The translations under genes were made by a program, and so were the position numbers. From the NCBI GenBank assembly GCA_043821645.1, contig JBDRCO010000037.1:96001-160000 (forward strand): a DNA stretch of 64,000 nt, written 5' to 3'. Below are positions 9,820 to 19,654 of this stretch, one piece after another. Below the pieces are notes generated by a model. The model was not told the origin of the DNA and did not search any database. It worked only from the letters and a program-made list of their open reading frames with translations. This DNA is from Pseudomonadota bacterium (GTDB lineage Bacteria; Myxococcota; JACRCW01; JAFGSX01). Numbering within the stretch: the first letter of the stretch is position 1; each line of letters starts with the position of its first letter.

Positions 9820-11523
9820 ATGTGGCGCACGCTGCGCGTGCTGAGCTTGAGTGTGAGTCTTTTCGGCCTGGTGGCCTGCCGCCCGGCCCAGGGGCCCTGC
9901 GCCACCACCGCGGATTGCCTCGAACACGAGGTCTGCGTCGAGGACCAGTGCCGCGCGGTGTGCAACGTCAGCGCCGACTGCGCGCGAGGCCAGACCTGCG
10001 CCAACGGGGCCTGTCTGGTGGCCGGGGGCGCCTGCATTCAGAGCGGTGACTGTCTGTCCACCGAGACCTGCCAGGACGGATTCTGCCAGATCCTGTGCCA
10101 CGCGGATCGCGACTGTCGTCGTGGTGAACGCTGTGGCCATGGCGTTTGTGTGACGGCTCTGGACGCAGCGACCCCCGATGGTCACGCCCGGGACCAGGGG
10201 TCCCGTGATGCCGCCTCCGGGGACCGCCGTGTGCTGGATTCTGCCCTTGACGATGGTGCGCTGCCGGACGGGCCGGCGACCGATACCGTCGTGCGTGATT
10301 CGGCTCGGGTAGATGGCGCGCTGCCGGACCGCTCGATCTCAGATCATGCCGGGGCGGACGGACCCGGGCTGGATCATTTCGTTGCCGATGCCGCGGCCGT
10401 GGACCAGGGGTTTGCGCGTGATGCCGCTGCCCCGGACACCCGGGCCGCGCCAGATAGCTCTCAGGTGACCGATGCGGCCGGACCGCGAGACGCGTCGCTG
10501 CCGGACATCGCCGTCAGTGATCCGTGCTCCGCGATCTTCTGTGGCACCAACTCGACCTGTGTCGTCGTGGATGGTGGCGGCGAGTGCCAGTGCACCATCG
10601 AGGAGTGCACGGACGGCCACTGCCGCGCGGCCAGCGAGTGCTGCGCCGGATCGGACTGTCCCGGGGGCGGCAGCTACACCTGCAATAGTGCGCACGCCTG
10701 CACCTGTGGCGTCGAGATCTGTGCAGACAGCTTCTGTCGTAGCGCCAGCGAGTGCTGCGATGGCGCCGACTGCGGAGGTGGCTCCTGGGGCTGCTCCGGC
10801 AGTCACGCCTGCACCTGCGCGGTCGAGATCTGCAGCGGCGGCTACTGCCGCAATGCCAGCCAGTGCTGCGATGGTGCCGACTGCGGTACGGGCAACTGGT
10901 CGTGCAACAACCACTCCTGCTCCTGTTCCGCACCACGCGTCACCTGCGGAGGGGATTGCAGGACCCCCAACGCCTGTGGTGGCTGTGCCAGCCTGGCGGG
11001 AACTCCGGGTAGTTCCTGCGGCAGCTGTGGCACCTGGGGCTGCGATGGCAGCGAGGCTGTCACCTGCAACGGCGACCACGCGACCACCCGCTACTACCAC
11101 GATGGTGACGGCGACGGCTTCGGCTCGCCCGCCTACCAGGACCTGTGTGCGATCAGCGGCAACTACAAGGTCACCAACGACACAGACTGCAACGACTCCG
11201 ACGACACCATGTACCCGGGAGCTCCCGAGCTGTGCGACACCAAGGACAACGACTGCAACAGCACCACAGCGGACGGCGCGGCCTGTGGCGGCGGAGCGGC
11301 TTTCTGTTGTGGGACTCCCCCGGGGTGCCAGACATGTTGCTCAGCGGGCCAGTGTGGCAGCGGCAACATGTGGGATTGCATTGGTCACGAATGCAGCTGT
11401 GGTGGCGTCGAGTGCGGCGCCAACAATGGTTGCTGGGAATGCTGCAACGCCAGTCACTGTCCTGGGAGCGACCTCTGTCTCGGGCATATCTGCGAGCCGA
11501 GCTGTGGGGGAGTTCCCTGCTAG
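9820..11523 (+). CDS. Cys-rich lipoprotein with Asp-pentad linker and MopE-like putative metal-binding motif
   Basis: Lipobox GLVAC; YHDGDGDGFG and DCNDSDDTMYPGAPELCDTKDNDCN; GAGGT RBS. Confidence 0.85.
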   Translation: MWRTLRVLSLSVSLFGLVACRPAQGPCATTADCLEHEVCVEDQCRAVCNVSADCARGQTCANGACLVAGGACIQSGDCLSTETCQDGFCQILCHADRDCRRGERCGHGVCVTALDAATPDGHARDQGSRDAASGDRRVLDSALDDGALPDGPATDTVVRDSARVDGALPDRSISDHAGADGPGLDHFVADAAAVDQGFARDAAAPDTRAAPDSSQVTDAAGPRDASLPDIAVSDPCSAIFCGTNSTCVVVDGGGECQCTIEECTDGHCRAASECCAGSDCPGGGSYTCNSAHACTCGVEICADSFCRSASECCDGADCGGGSWGCSGSHACTCAVEICSGGYCRNASQCCDGADCGTGNWSCNNHSCSCSAPRVTCGGDCRTPNACGGCASLAGTPGSSCGSCGTWGCDGSEAVTCNGDHATTRYYHDGDGDGFGSPAYQDLCAISGNYKVTNDTDCNDSDDTMYPGAPELCDTKDNDCNSTTADGAACGGGAAFCCGTPPGCQTCCSAGQCGSGNMWDCIGHECSCGGVECGANNGCWECCNASHCPGSDLCLGHICEPSCGGVPC

Positions 11524-11541
11524 CTCCACATGCTCGGGACC

Positions 11542-12612
11542 TCAGTCCGCGCTGTTGTGCTTGAGCGCTTCGGCCTGGAAATGCGTGCGCAGCGAGGTCA
11601 CCAGCTCCTCGATGTCGCCCTGCATGATCTTGGGCAAGTTGTGCATGGTGAGCCCGATGCGGTGGTCGGTGACGCGATCCTGCGGGAAGTTGTAAGTGCG
11701 GATCTTGTCCGAGCGGTCGCCGCTCTTGACCATGGCGCGCCGCTCCTCGGCGATGGCGTCCTGCTGCTCCCCGAGCATGGTCTCGTAGATGCGGGCGCGC
11801 AGGACCTTGAGGGCCTTGGCCTTGTTCTTGTGCTGGCTCTTCTCGTCCTGGCAGATCACCACGGTGCCGGTGGGGATATGGGTGATGCGCACCGCGCTGT
11901 CCGTGGTGTTGACGCACTGACCGCCGGGACCGCCGGCGCGGAACACGTCGATGCGCAGGTCCTTGTCCTCGAGGCGTACCTCGACCTCGTCGGCCTCGGG
12001 CAGCACGGCCACGGTGGCGGCGGAGGTGTGGATTCGACCCTGGGTCTCGGTGTCTGGCACGCGCTGGACCCGGTGCACGCCGGATTCGTACTTGAGCTGG
12101 GAGTAGACCTGGTCGCCACTGATGGCGACGATGATTTCCTTGTAGCCACCCTGAGCGCCCAGGGACTCGGTCATCACCTCGGTCTTCCAGCGGTGAGTCT
12201 CGGCATAGTGCAGGTACATGCGGAACAGATCGCCGGCAAACAGCGCTGCCTCGTCGCCACCGGTGCCGCTGCGGATCTCGAGGATCACGTTCTTGTCGTC
12301 GTTGGGATCCCGGGGGAGCAGCAAGACCTCGAGTTTTGCGGTCAGCGCCTCCTGCTCGGCCTCCAGACGTTCCACGTCGTCGCGGGCCATGGCGCGAATG
12401 TCCCTATCGCTGTCCTCGAGGAGCTGCTGCGCACCTTCGAGGTCGCCCTGCAGCTTGCGGTAGATCTGGTAGGTCTCGACCACCTCGGCGAGCTGCGCCC
12501 GCTCCTTGGCCAGGGTCTGGAACTCCTGGCGCCGTGCGATGACCGCGGGATCCGAGAGCTTGTCGGTCAACTCGTTGTAGCGCTGGGCCACCTGCTCGAG
12601 CTTCTCGAACAT
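11542..12612 (-). CDS. prfA: Peptide chain release factor 1
   Basis: GGQ motif (GPGGQCVN), PxT (QRVPDTE), [25 protein letters not shown]. Confidence 0.98.
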   Translation of the reverse strand: MFEKLEQVAQRYNELTDKLSDPAVIARRQEFQTLAKERAQLAEVVETYQIYRKLQGDLEGAQQLLEDSDRDIRAMARDDVERLEAEQEALTAKLEVLLLPRDPNDDKNVILEIRSGTGGDEAALFAGDLFRMYLHYAETHRWKTEVMTESLGAQGGYKEIIVAISGDQVYSQLKYESGVHRVQRVPDTETQGRIHTSAATVAVLPEADEVEVRLEDKDLRIDVFRAGGPGGQCVNTTDSAVRITHIPTGTVVICQDEKSQHKNKAKALKVLRARIYETMLGEQQDAIAEERRAMVKSGDRSDKIRTYNFPQDRVTDHRIGLTMHNLPKIMQGDIEELVTSLRTHFQAEALKHNSAD

Positions 12613-12615
12613 GGG

Positions 12616-12825
12616 TCACCCGGCTCCGGTGTCGTCGGCGTCGGGACGCGGGGTTGCGGCTTCGTCGATTCCCGGGGCGGTGGTGGCCACCGCGGTCTGT
12701 TCACGCTTGTCCGTGAGCGTCTTGAAGATCACCCACCCGGCCACGGCCACAGGGACCAGGATCACGGCGATGAAGGTGACGACCGGCGACACGATGTCTA
12801 TCCAGGATGCGGGGCTCTCATTCAT
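12616..12825 (-). CDS. Small single-TM hypothetical protein
   Basis: 69 aa with VVTFIAVILVPVAVAGWVIF; fills the gap between the DUF1385 gene and prfA. Alternative GTG start at 12840. Confidence 0.55.
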   Translation of the reverse strand: MNESPASWIDIVSPVVTFIAVILVPVAVAGWVIFKTLTDKREQTAVATTAPGIDEAATPRPDADDTGAG

Positions 12826-12836
12826 GGCGGCAATCC

Positions 12837-13997
12837 TCACGCGACCTTGAGCATGACCTCGTCGAAGCTGACGTAGCGCTCGAGCCGCTCGTCGGCACTG
12901 GCGGCCTCGGTCTGCTGCTCGCGCCACAGCACGCTGCGCAGAGCGGTCAGGGCCACCTCCAGCTCGGCGTCTCCCGGCTGGCGGGTGGTCAGGGCCTGCA
13001 GCCACATACCGGGCCGGATCAGGACCTGCACCGCACGGCTCCCGGGGTGGCGCGCCGCGCCTCGCTGCACCTCGTAGGCGATGCCGGCGACAGGCAGGGA
13101 CAGCAGGATCTTGAGCAGCACCGCGAACACATGGTTGGCCAGGGCGTGCTCAAACAGCGTCGGAATCAGGGGAAACACGGCCGCGAACATGAAGATCGAG
13201 ATGGTGACCACCCACAGGATCAGGCTGGTACCACAGCGCGGGTGAGCGGTGGACATGGGCCGGGTCGACTCCACGTCGAGGGGCAGGCTGCGCTCGAAGG
13301 CGTGCACCGACATGTGCTCGGCACCGTGGTACATGAACAGCCGCTTGATGTCGTCGAGGCGTGAGATCAGCGTGATGTAGCCCAGGAAGATGGCCATCTT
13401 GAAGGCACCGTCGACGAGGTGAAAGCCCGCGCCATCCAGGTTCAGCCCTCCTGGCACCCACAGTCCGATCAGGTAGGTGAGCCCATGGGGCAGGCCCACG
13501 AACAGGGCCACACCCAGGATCAGTGACACCGCCAGCGTGGCCCACAGAGCGGCGCTCTGCTTCTTGTTGCCCTCGCTGGTCACGGGGGCTGTGCTGAGCA
13601 ACAGGCCTGCGGCGGGGGGGAGAGCACCGCGCACCTTCTCGGCGTGCTGCTCATCGAGCATGGCCTGGTCCGCCGCGAAGTTGAGGGCGGCGATGCCGTT
13701 GAGCAGGGATTCGATGAGCATCACCGCGCCACGGATCAGGGGCCAGCGAAACACGCGGAAGCGCGAGAAGGCGTTGTAGACCTTCTGCTCGCGCACCACG
13801 ATGGACCCGTCGCGACGCCGCACGGCCACCGAGAAGGAGGCCGGGCTGCGCATCATCACGCCCTCGATCACAGCCTGCCCGCCCACGGTGAGGGGTGCAG
13901 AGACTAGGATCACGACGAGGCGGTGCAACAGGTCGAGGATACGCTGGCGGCCGGCGTGTGCCGACCCCTGCAAGGGTCGCAGCATCGGGGATCTCAT
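12837..13997 (-). CDS. DUF1385 (YqhQ-like) membrane protein
   Basis: [35 protein letters not shown]. True start may be GTG 13913. Confidence 0.92.
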   Translation of the reverse strand: MRSPMLRPLQGSAHAGRQRILDLLHRLVVILVSAPLTVGGQAVIEGVMMRSPASFSVAVRRRDGSIVVREQKVYNAFSRFRVFRWPLIRGAVMLIESLLNGIAALNFAADQAMLDEQHAEKVRGALPPAAGLLLSTAPVTSEGNKKQSAALWATLAVSLILGVALFVGLPHGLTYLIGLWVPGGLNLDGAGFHLVDGAFKMAIFLGYITLISRLDDIKRLFMYHGAEHMSVHAFERSLPLDVESTRPMSTAHPRCGTSLILWVVTISIFMFAAVFPLIPTLFEHALANHVFAVLLKILLSLPVAGIAYEVQRGAARHPGSRAVQVLIRPGMWLQALTTRQPGDAELEVALTALRSVLWREQQTEAASADERLERYVSFDEVMLKVA

Positions 13998-14013
13998 GAC
14001 GACGAGGGCGTGG

Positions 14014-14226
14014 CTATTCCGTGGCGGTGGCGCGACCGTACTTGCGGTTGAAGCGCTCGACGCGTCCGGCCGAGTCCATCAGCTTTTGCTTGCCCGTGAA
14101 GAACGGGTGGCAGGCCGAACAGATCTCGATGCTGTACGAGGGCCGCGTGCTGCGTGTCTCGTAGACGGCGCCGCAGGCACAGGTGATGGAGGCGTTCTTG
14201 TAAACGGGATGAATCTTCTCTTTCAT
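14014..14226 (-). CDS. rpmE: 50S ribosomal protein L31, zinc-binding (C+) type
   Basis: MKEKIHPVY...CACG...[22 protein letters not shown]. Confidence 0.97.
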   Translation of the reverse strand: MKEKIHPVYKNASITCACGAVYETRSTRPSYSIEICSACHPFFTGKQKLMDSAGRVERFNRKYGRATATE

Positions 14227-14275
14227 GACTGTCACCGCTTGCGGACCATATATTTGGGTGCCGCGAAAGCTCCCC

Positions 14276-14304
14276 TAGATAGGGGTCGAGCCCGGGCTTG
14301 TCAA
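14276..14304 (-). promoter_or_regulatory. Putative sigma70-type promoter of rpmE operon
   Basis: Minus strand TTGACA-N17-TATCTA about 50 bp upstream of rpmE; the -10 match is imperfect. Confidence 0.5.
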
Positions 14305-14385
14305 GTGTAGCCAGCGCCGGCCAGGGCCCCGGCCTTGACGCTGTCAGGGCGGGACATTCCCGGGACAAGGGCCTAGGATGCCACC

Positions 14386-14844
14386 ATGCCTCGCTCTCTG
14401 CCGCCACAGCCATCGCCGTGCCTGCGCTGCGGGCGCTGCTGCGAGGCTCTGTCCCTGGATTTCAGCAAGGCCCAGCTGCGGGAGATGGCGGTCCGGGAGC
14501 AACGCCGCCTGCGGCGCGAACCTGGCCACTCCCATGCCGCGGACATGCGCCGTCTGGTCTCCGATGTGGCTTTTATTCAGAAGCACTTCCGGAGAGTTAG
14601 CCGGCAGCGCGCCGCCGACATCAACCCCACCTTCAGCTCCCGCGAATTCGATGGCCGCTTTTTTTACATCTGTGATGCCCTGGACAGCGAGGGCCGCTGT
14701 AGCCGGCATGCCGAGCGCCCTTACCTGTGCGAGGGCTACCCGTGGTACCGCGATCACCCGCGGATCGACGCGCTGGTGGTCTACCCCTGCGGCTACGAGC
14801 GCGATCTGGTGGCCCGCAGGGCCCGCGTCGCGGTCTCGGGCTGA
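14386..14844 (+). CDS. YkgJ-family (CxxCxxCC) cysteine-cluster protein
   Basis: CLRCGRCC ... CDALDSEGRCSRHAERPYLCEGYP. Confidence 0.85.
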   Translation: MPRSLPPQPSPCLRCGRCCEALSLDFSKAQLREMAVREQRRLRREPGHSHAADMRRLVSDVAFIQKHFRRVSRQRAADINPTFSSREFDGRFFYICDALDSEGRCSRHAERPYLCEGYPWYRDHPRIDALVVYPCGYERDLVARRARVAVSG

Positions 14845-14910
14845 CCCCAAAAGTCACGCCAATTCAATACCCTGCGCGCTACACTGGGATGCAAGCGAGG
14901 GACTCCTCTG

Positions 14911-16026
14911 GTGACCAGGGTTTTCGACAGGACAGGCGCGACCTCCACCGATGAGCTAAGGCGGCGTCTCAGCTCCGAGGCGGACCGCCGTGGCAATGCG
15001 GACGGCACCGCGGACACCACAGAGCTGCATGCGCTCGCCACGGAGCTGCAGCATCGTGGCACCGACCGCTTCGATGCGGATGCGGCGCTTCGCCTGTCCC
15101 AGGCTCAGGACCTTGCCGCCGGCGGCCCTGGTCGTGCGCACACCCTGGATCCTGCCCTGATGCGGGCCCCGGAGCCTCTGCGGCGCCTGGCGCTGGAAGT
15201 GGACGCGCTGTGGGGCAACGCCGACGGCCAAGTGAGTGTCGACGAGCTGGAGCGGGTGGCGGCGACCTACCTCGGAGCCCTGCCTTTTTTCAGTGCCCAG
15301 GCGGAGACCCTGGTGGAGCTGGCACGCTACCTGGGTACGGCCGGCCGCACCCAGGATGTTGTGGCACCTTCCGTGGTGGCGCTGCGCTCGGCGCTGTCCC
15401 GCCTCGATGGCAGCGAGGTGGGTGCAGCGCGCCCCTTTGCCGAGCTGTTCTCCGAGGCCTTGGCCCAGGGCGACATCCCCGGCTCACCCGACTACCTCCG
15501 CGACGCGGCCATGCACAGCCCGCGCTGGCATCGCCTGAGCATCCTCGAACACACGGCGATGGCGGTGGACGCGGCGACGCATCTGTCGCGTGCCGCGGGG
15601 GTGGACTGGAAGGAAGCCGGCGCTGCGATGCTGCTGCACGACGTGGGAAAGCTGCTCGACCGCTTCCCCAAGCGGCATGGCGGCTTCAACTACTTTGACC
15701 ACGAGGAGGCCGGCGCACGCTGGCTACAGCAGCGAGGCCTTCCCGAGGACCTGCGGTTCCAGGTCGAACACCACCTGGAGATCCACCGCCGCAGCGTCGA
15801 CGAGCTCATCGAACTGTGCGGTGGCGACCGCGGGCGCATCGCGCGCTTGCTGGTGGTCGCGTGCGCCGACAGCGTCGCCAAGGGCGACACGCCGGATCAG
15901 CTCGGCAACTACGCCGAGATGGTGCCCAAGCTGCGAGCTCTGGCACGGTTCGCGGGCATCGATGGCCAGGCTCTCCTCGACGAGGTGGACAGGCTGCGCG
16001 CCGCGCACTTCCCGGCTTCTCCCTGA
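14911..16026 (+). CDS. HD-domain phosphohydrolase with N-terminal EF-hand-like repeats
   Basis: HRLSILEHT, LLHDVGK, HEEAGA, VEHH, ACAD; N-terminal GNADGTADTTEL and GNADGQVSVDEL. Confidence 0.8.
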   Translation: MTRVFDRTGATSTDELRRRLSSEADRRGNADGTADTTELHALATELQHRGTDRFDADAALRLSQAQDLAAGGPGRAHTLDPALMRAPEPLRRLALEVDALWGNADGQVSVDELERVAATYLGALPFFSAQAETLVELARYLGTAGRTQDVVAPSVVALRSALSRLDGSEVGAARPFAELFSEALAQGDIPGSPDYLRDAAMHSPRWHRLSILEHTAMAVDAATHLSRAAGVDWKEAGAAMLLHDVGKLLDRFPKRHGGFNYFDHEEAGARWLQQRGLPEDLRFQVEHHLEIHRRSVDELIELCGGDRGRIARLLVVACADSVAKGDTPDQLGNYAEMVPKLRALARFAGIDGQALLDEVDRLRAAHFPASP

Positions 16027-16094
16027 CCGCGATCCCTCCGCACTGGATTCCCACCCGCCGCGATGCCAAGCTCTGGCCCCTGGGAGGGTGAGCC

Positions 16095-17240
16095 ATGCGC
16101 ATCCTGTACGGTGTCGTCGGCGAGGGCATGGGACACGCGACCCGCAGCCGGGTGGTGCTGGATCACCTGCTGGCCGCGGGTCACCAGATCCGGGTCATGG
16201 TGTCGGGGCGGGCCCACGGGTTCCTGCTTGACGTGTTTCACGGCAACAAGAACATCAGCATCCACGAGATCCACGGCCTGGCCATGAGCTACGAGGGCAA
16301 TGCCCTCGACCTGCTAGAGAGTGTGCTGAGCAACCTGGGCAAGGCCACCCACGGCGTGCTGTGGAACATCGCCCAGTACAGCAAATCGGCCGAGGAGGGC
16401 TTTGCCCCCGAGCTGGTGGTGAGTGATTTCGAGAGCTGGGCCTACCTGTACGCCCTCAACCACCGCCTGCCCGTGATCTCCATCGACAACATGCAGGTCA
16501 TCAACCGCTGCCTGCACGACGACGACGTCACCGATGGCAAGAGCGCGGACTTCTGGATCGCCAGGATGGCGGTCAAGGTCAAGCTGCCCGGGGCCTACCA
16601 CTATCTCGTGTCGAGCTTCTTCTTCCCGGCTGTTCACAAGCCGCGGACCACCCTCATCCCGCCCATCCTGCGCCCCGAGATCCTGGCAGCGCGCCGCGAG
16701 CCGGGCGAGCACGTGCTGGTCTACCAGACCGCGGCTGCCAACGCCGAGCTGGTGCCCACCCTGCGCAAGTTGCCGCAGCAGTTCAAGGTTTACGGCATGG
16801 GGCGCGAGGGCCAGGAGGGCAACGTCACCCTGTGCGCCTTCTCGCAGCAGGGCTTCATCGACGACCTGCGTACCGCGCGCTGCGTGGTCGCCGGGGGCGG
16901 TTACTCGCTGATGGGGGAGGCCGTGCACCTGCACGTGCCCATGATGTCCATCCCCATCGACGGCCAGTACGAGCAGGAACTCAACGCGCGCTACCTGAAG
17001 AAGCTGGGCTACGGCACCTGGGCGCGCAGCCTCGAGCTGGATACCCTGGCCGCCTTCATCGAGAGCTCCGACCGCTACAGCGGCATGCTGCAGCAGTACC
17101 TGCCTCGGGACAACGGCATGCTCTTCGGCTGTGTCGACGAGCTGCTGCACCTGGCACAGCTTGACGAGCCCAAGCCTGCGAAGCTCGAGGCGGACAACCT
17201 GGGGACCTACGACGGGCCACCGTTGCCTGCGGGGGTGTGA
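16095..17240 (+). CDS. GT-B glycosyltransferase, MJ1255/VC2487 family
   Basis: MRILYGVVGEGMGHATRS, VSDFE, ISIDN, GGGYSLMGEA, GQYEQELNA. Confidence 0.9.
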   Translation: MRILYGVVGEGMGHATRSRVVLDHLLAAGHQIRVMVSGRAHGFLLDVFHGNKNISIHEIHGLAMSYEGNALDLLESVLSNLGKATHGVLWNIAQYSKSAEEGFAPELVVSDFESWAYLYALNHRLPVISIDNMQVINRCLHDDDVTDGKSADFWIARMAVKVKLPGAYHYLVSSFFFPAVHKPRTTLIPPILRPEILAARREPGEHVLVYQTAAANAELVPTLRKLPQQFKVYGMGREGQEGNVTLCAFSQQGFIDDLRTARCVVAGGGYSLMGEAVHLHVPMMSIPIDGQYEQELNARYLKKLGYGTWARSLELDTLAAFIESSDRYSGMLQQYLPRDNGMLFGCVDELLHLAQLDEPKPAKLEADNLGTYDGPPLPAGV

Positions 17241-17326
17241 CGGTCGGCGTCTGACGGACTGAAGCGTAACGGACGTGCTGACACAGTGGTGCGGGACACC
17301 TGGCCGCGCGCCACGGGGAGAAGATC

Positions 17327-19654
17327 ATGCTCACGCACGAGCTGGCGTCGACGATCCGCGATGTGGTGGTGCACCGCGAGGGCGCCGTGGTCACGCGCCT
17401 GTGCAGCGTCGAGGCCGGAGCCTGGGCCGAGGAGATCGTGCTGGGCAACCTGCCCCTGTCCCTCATCGACGGCAGCGTGCGCGCCCGGGTCGAGGTGGAG
17501 GGTGCCGCCACCGCGCCCCAGCCCAGTGACGTGCGGGTGGAGATCCAGGCGCCGCCCCTGGGTGAGCCCATCGAGGCGCCCTCGGAGGCGGCTCTGCGCG
17601 AGGCCCGGGAAGAGGTCGCACGCCTCGAGTGGCTGCTGCGTCGAATCGAGGACGAGGTGGCCCTGCTCGAGAAGGTGTCGTACAAGCTGCCAGAGCGCAT
17701 CGAGCGCGAGCCTCCGCGGCCCCTGCACGACGCCGTGATGCGCGGCACTGCATCCTGGATCGAACGCGCGCGCACCCAGCGCGTCGAGCGGCGCGCCGAA
17801 CTGCGGGCCAAGCGGCGCCAGGCCGAGGAGAAACGCGACCGCCTGGAACGGCAGGCCCAGCAGGCCAGGGCCGAGCGCGGCGTCGACGAGACCAAGGTGT
17901 GCAAGCGCGTGCGCGTGCGCTTCGAGACTGTGCAGGGCGCCGGGGCAGGGCGCCTTCTGGTCGAGTACCAGGTCCCGGGGGCGCGCTGGCGACCCGCCTA
18001 CGTGCTGCGGGTGGCCCGGGACGGAACCCGGGCCGACCTCGCCGTGCGCGCGCTGGTGTGCCAGGCCAGCGGTGAGCCCTGGGGTCGGATCCGTCTCGGC
18101 GTATCGTCGGCGGATCTGAGTCGCGAGATCGAGCTGCCCGAGCTGCGGTCGCTGCGCATCGGTCGTCGCCAGGCCGAGCCACCGAAGCGGGCGTGGCGGG
18201 ATACGCCCACCGGCGCCTTCACCCTGTTCGAGGGGCTTGACCGCTTCCTGCAATCCACGCCTCGGCCCACGCCGGGCGCTTTTAGTGACGAGGAGGTCAC
18301 GGCCCCGGGAGGCCCCAGCAGTGGTGGCCCTCAGGGCTCGGTGGAGATCGTTCCCGAGTCCTATCCAAGCGAACCCATGGCGGAGTACGACGACGACGAG
18401 GCCATGGACGCGCTCGACGAACCGATGGCGGTCATGGATGCCGAGATGGACTACGAAGTCTCGGAGCGCATGGAGTCCACCGAGGAGATTGCTGAGGCCG
18501 AGCTCACCCGCACACCCGCGGCTCCGGCCATGATGGCAGCGAACATGGCGCCTCCGGCACCTCCTCCGTCGGCACCCATGCGTTCGGCCCCGCGCGGAGC
18601 CATGGCCAAGGAGAGCGCACCCATCCTGAAAAAGGCCATGCGGATGCGGATGGAGTCGGCCAAGGCGATGATGGCGGACGGCGCCATGGCCTTTGGTTCC
18701 GGTGTCAGCCTGGACGATGACGACGCAGACGAGATCACCCGCGACGTGCTGCTGAGCCAGCTGCAGGTGGCCCAGGGTGCCATGCAATACAGCGAGCTGC
18801 GCCTTGTCGGCTGGAAGGACCCCCAGCACGCCCGCGGCTCGCTGCGCCAGGTCGGACTGCGCGACGCCCTCGAGGATCTCACGCCGTCGGCCCTGCGCCA
18901 GGTCGAGCGCGTGCTGTCCACGGCTCAGCGCCGCGCCCTGCACCTGGACCCCTTTGCACCGGCCACCCAGTCCCTGGACCGCAGCGCCGGTAGCTTCGAC
19001 TACCGCTACGACGCGACGGGGCCCGTGGATGTGCCCGCGGATGGCAAGGTGCACAGCGTGCCGCTGTTCACCGAGGGAACGCGCGTGGAGATGACCTTGG
19101 TGGTGGTCCCCCGCGAGAGCGACCAGGCCGTGCGCGTGGCGTCGCTGGAGAACCCTCTCAAGGCGCCGCTGCTCGCCGGGCCGGCCGAGATCTACCTCGA
19201 GGACGAGTTCCTGGTGGACTCGCGCCTGGATACGGTGCCCAAGGGAGGCCGCATCGACATCGGCCTGGGTGTCGAGGAAGCCCTCAAGGTCGCGCGCAAT
19301 ACCCACTTCAAGGAGAGCACCCAGGGTCTGCTGCGCGGCGGTCTGGGCCTCGAGCACAGCATCGAGATCGAGCTCGGCTCGCGCCTGGGTGCGCTGGCAC
19401 ACATCGAGGTGCGCGAGCGCATCCCGCACGCGCCCAGAGATGCCAAGGATTCACTGGTGGTCGAGGAGGGTGCGATCGACCCACCCTGGGAGAAGTGGAC
19501 CCAGAGCCCCGAGCACAGGCTCGAGGCTGGCCGGCGCTGGCGCCTGGACCTCAAGCCTGGAGAGACGCGCACGCTCAAGGCGTCCTACGTGGTCCACATC
19601 GATGCCAAGGATGAGCTGGTGGGCGGCAACCGCCGCGAGCGAGGTGCCCGATGA
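17327..19654 (+). CDS. DUF4140/DUF4139 (MuiA-like) protein, long paralog
   Basis: IRDVVVHREGAVVTR, YQVPGARWRPAY, QASGEPW, LLAGPAEIY, IEVRERIP; Met/acidic disordered linker. Confidence 0.85.
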   Translation: MLTHELASTIRDVVVHREGAVVTRLCSVEAGAWAEEIVLGNLPLSLIDGSVRARVEVEGAATAPQPSDVRVEIQAPPLGEPIEAPSEAALREAREEVARLEWLLRRIEDEVALLEKVSYKLPERIEREPPRPLHDAVMRGTASWIERARTQRVERRAELRAKRRQAEEKRDRLERQAQQARAERGVDETKVCKRVRVRFETVQGAGAGRLLVEYQVPGARWRPAYVLRVARDGTRADLAVRALVCQASGEPWGRIRLGVSSADLSREIELPELRSLRIGRRQAEPPKRAWRDTPTGAFTLFEGLDRFLQSTPRPTPGAFSDEEVTAPGGPSSGGPQGSVEIVPESYPSEPMAEYDDDEAMDALDEPMAVMDAEMDYEVSERMESTEEIAEAELTRTPAAPAMMAANMAPPAPPPSAPMRSAPRGAMAKESAPILKKAMRMRMESAKAMMADGAMAFGSGVSLDDDDADEITRDVLLSQLQVAQGAMQYSELRLVGWKDPQHARGSLRQVGLRDALEDLTPSALRQVERVLSTAQRRALHLDPFAPATQSLDRSAGSFDYRYDATGPVDVPADGKVHSVPLFTEGTRVEMTLVVVPRESDQAVRVASLENPLKAPLLAGPAEIYLEDEFLVDSRLDTVPKGGRIDIGLGVEEALKVARNTHFKESTQGLLRGGLGLEHSIEIELGSRLGALAHIEVRERIPHAPRDAKDSLVVEEGAIDPPWEKWTQSPEHRLEAGRRWRLDLKPGETRTLKASYVVHIDAKDELVGGNRRERGAR

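Noticed and set aside
9627-10049. ORF with (EPGTRNQ)n peptide
   Set aside because: Translation of the heptamer VNTR; overlaps the real 9820 gene out of frame.
11530-12876. 448-aa plus-strand ORF
   Set aside because: Antisense to prfA.
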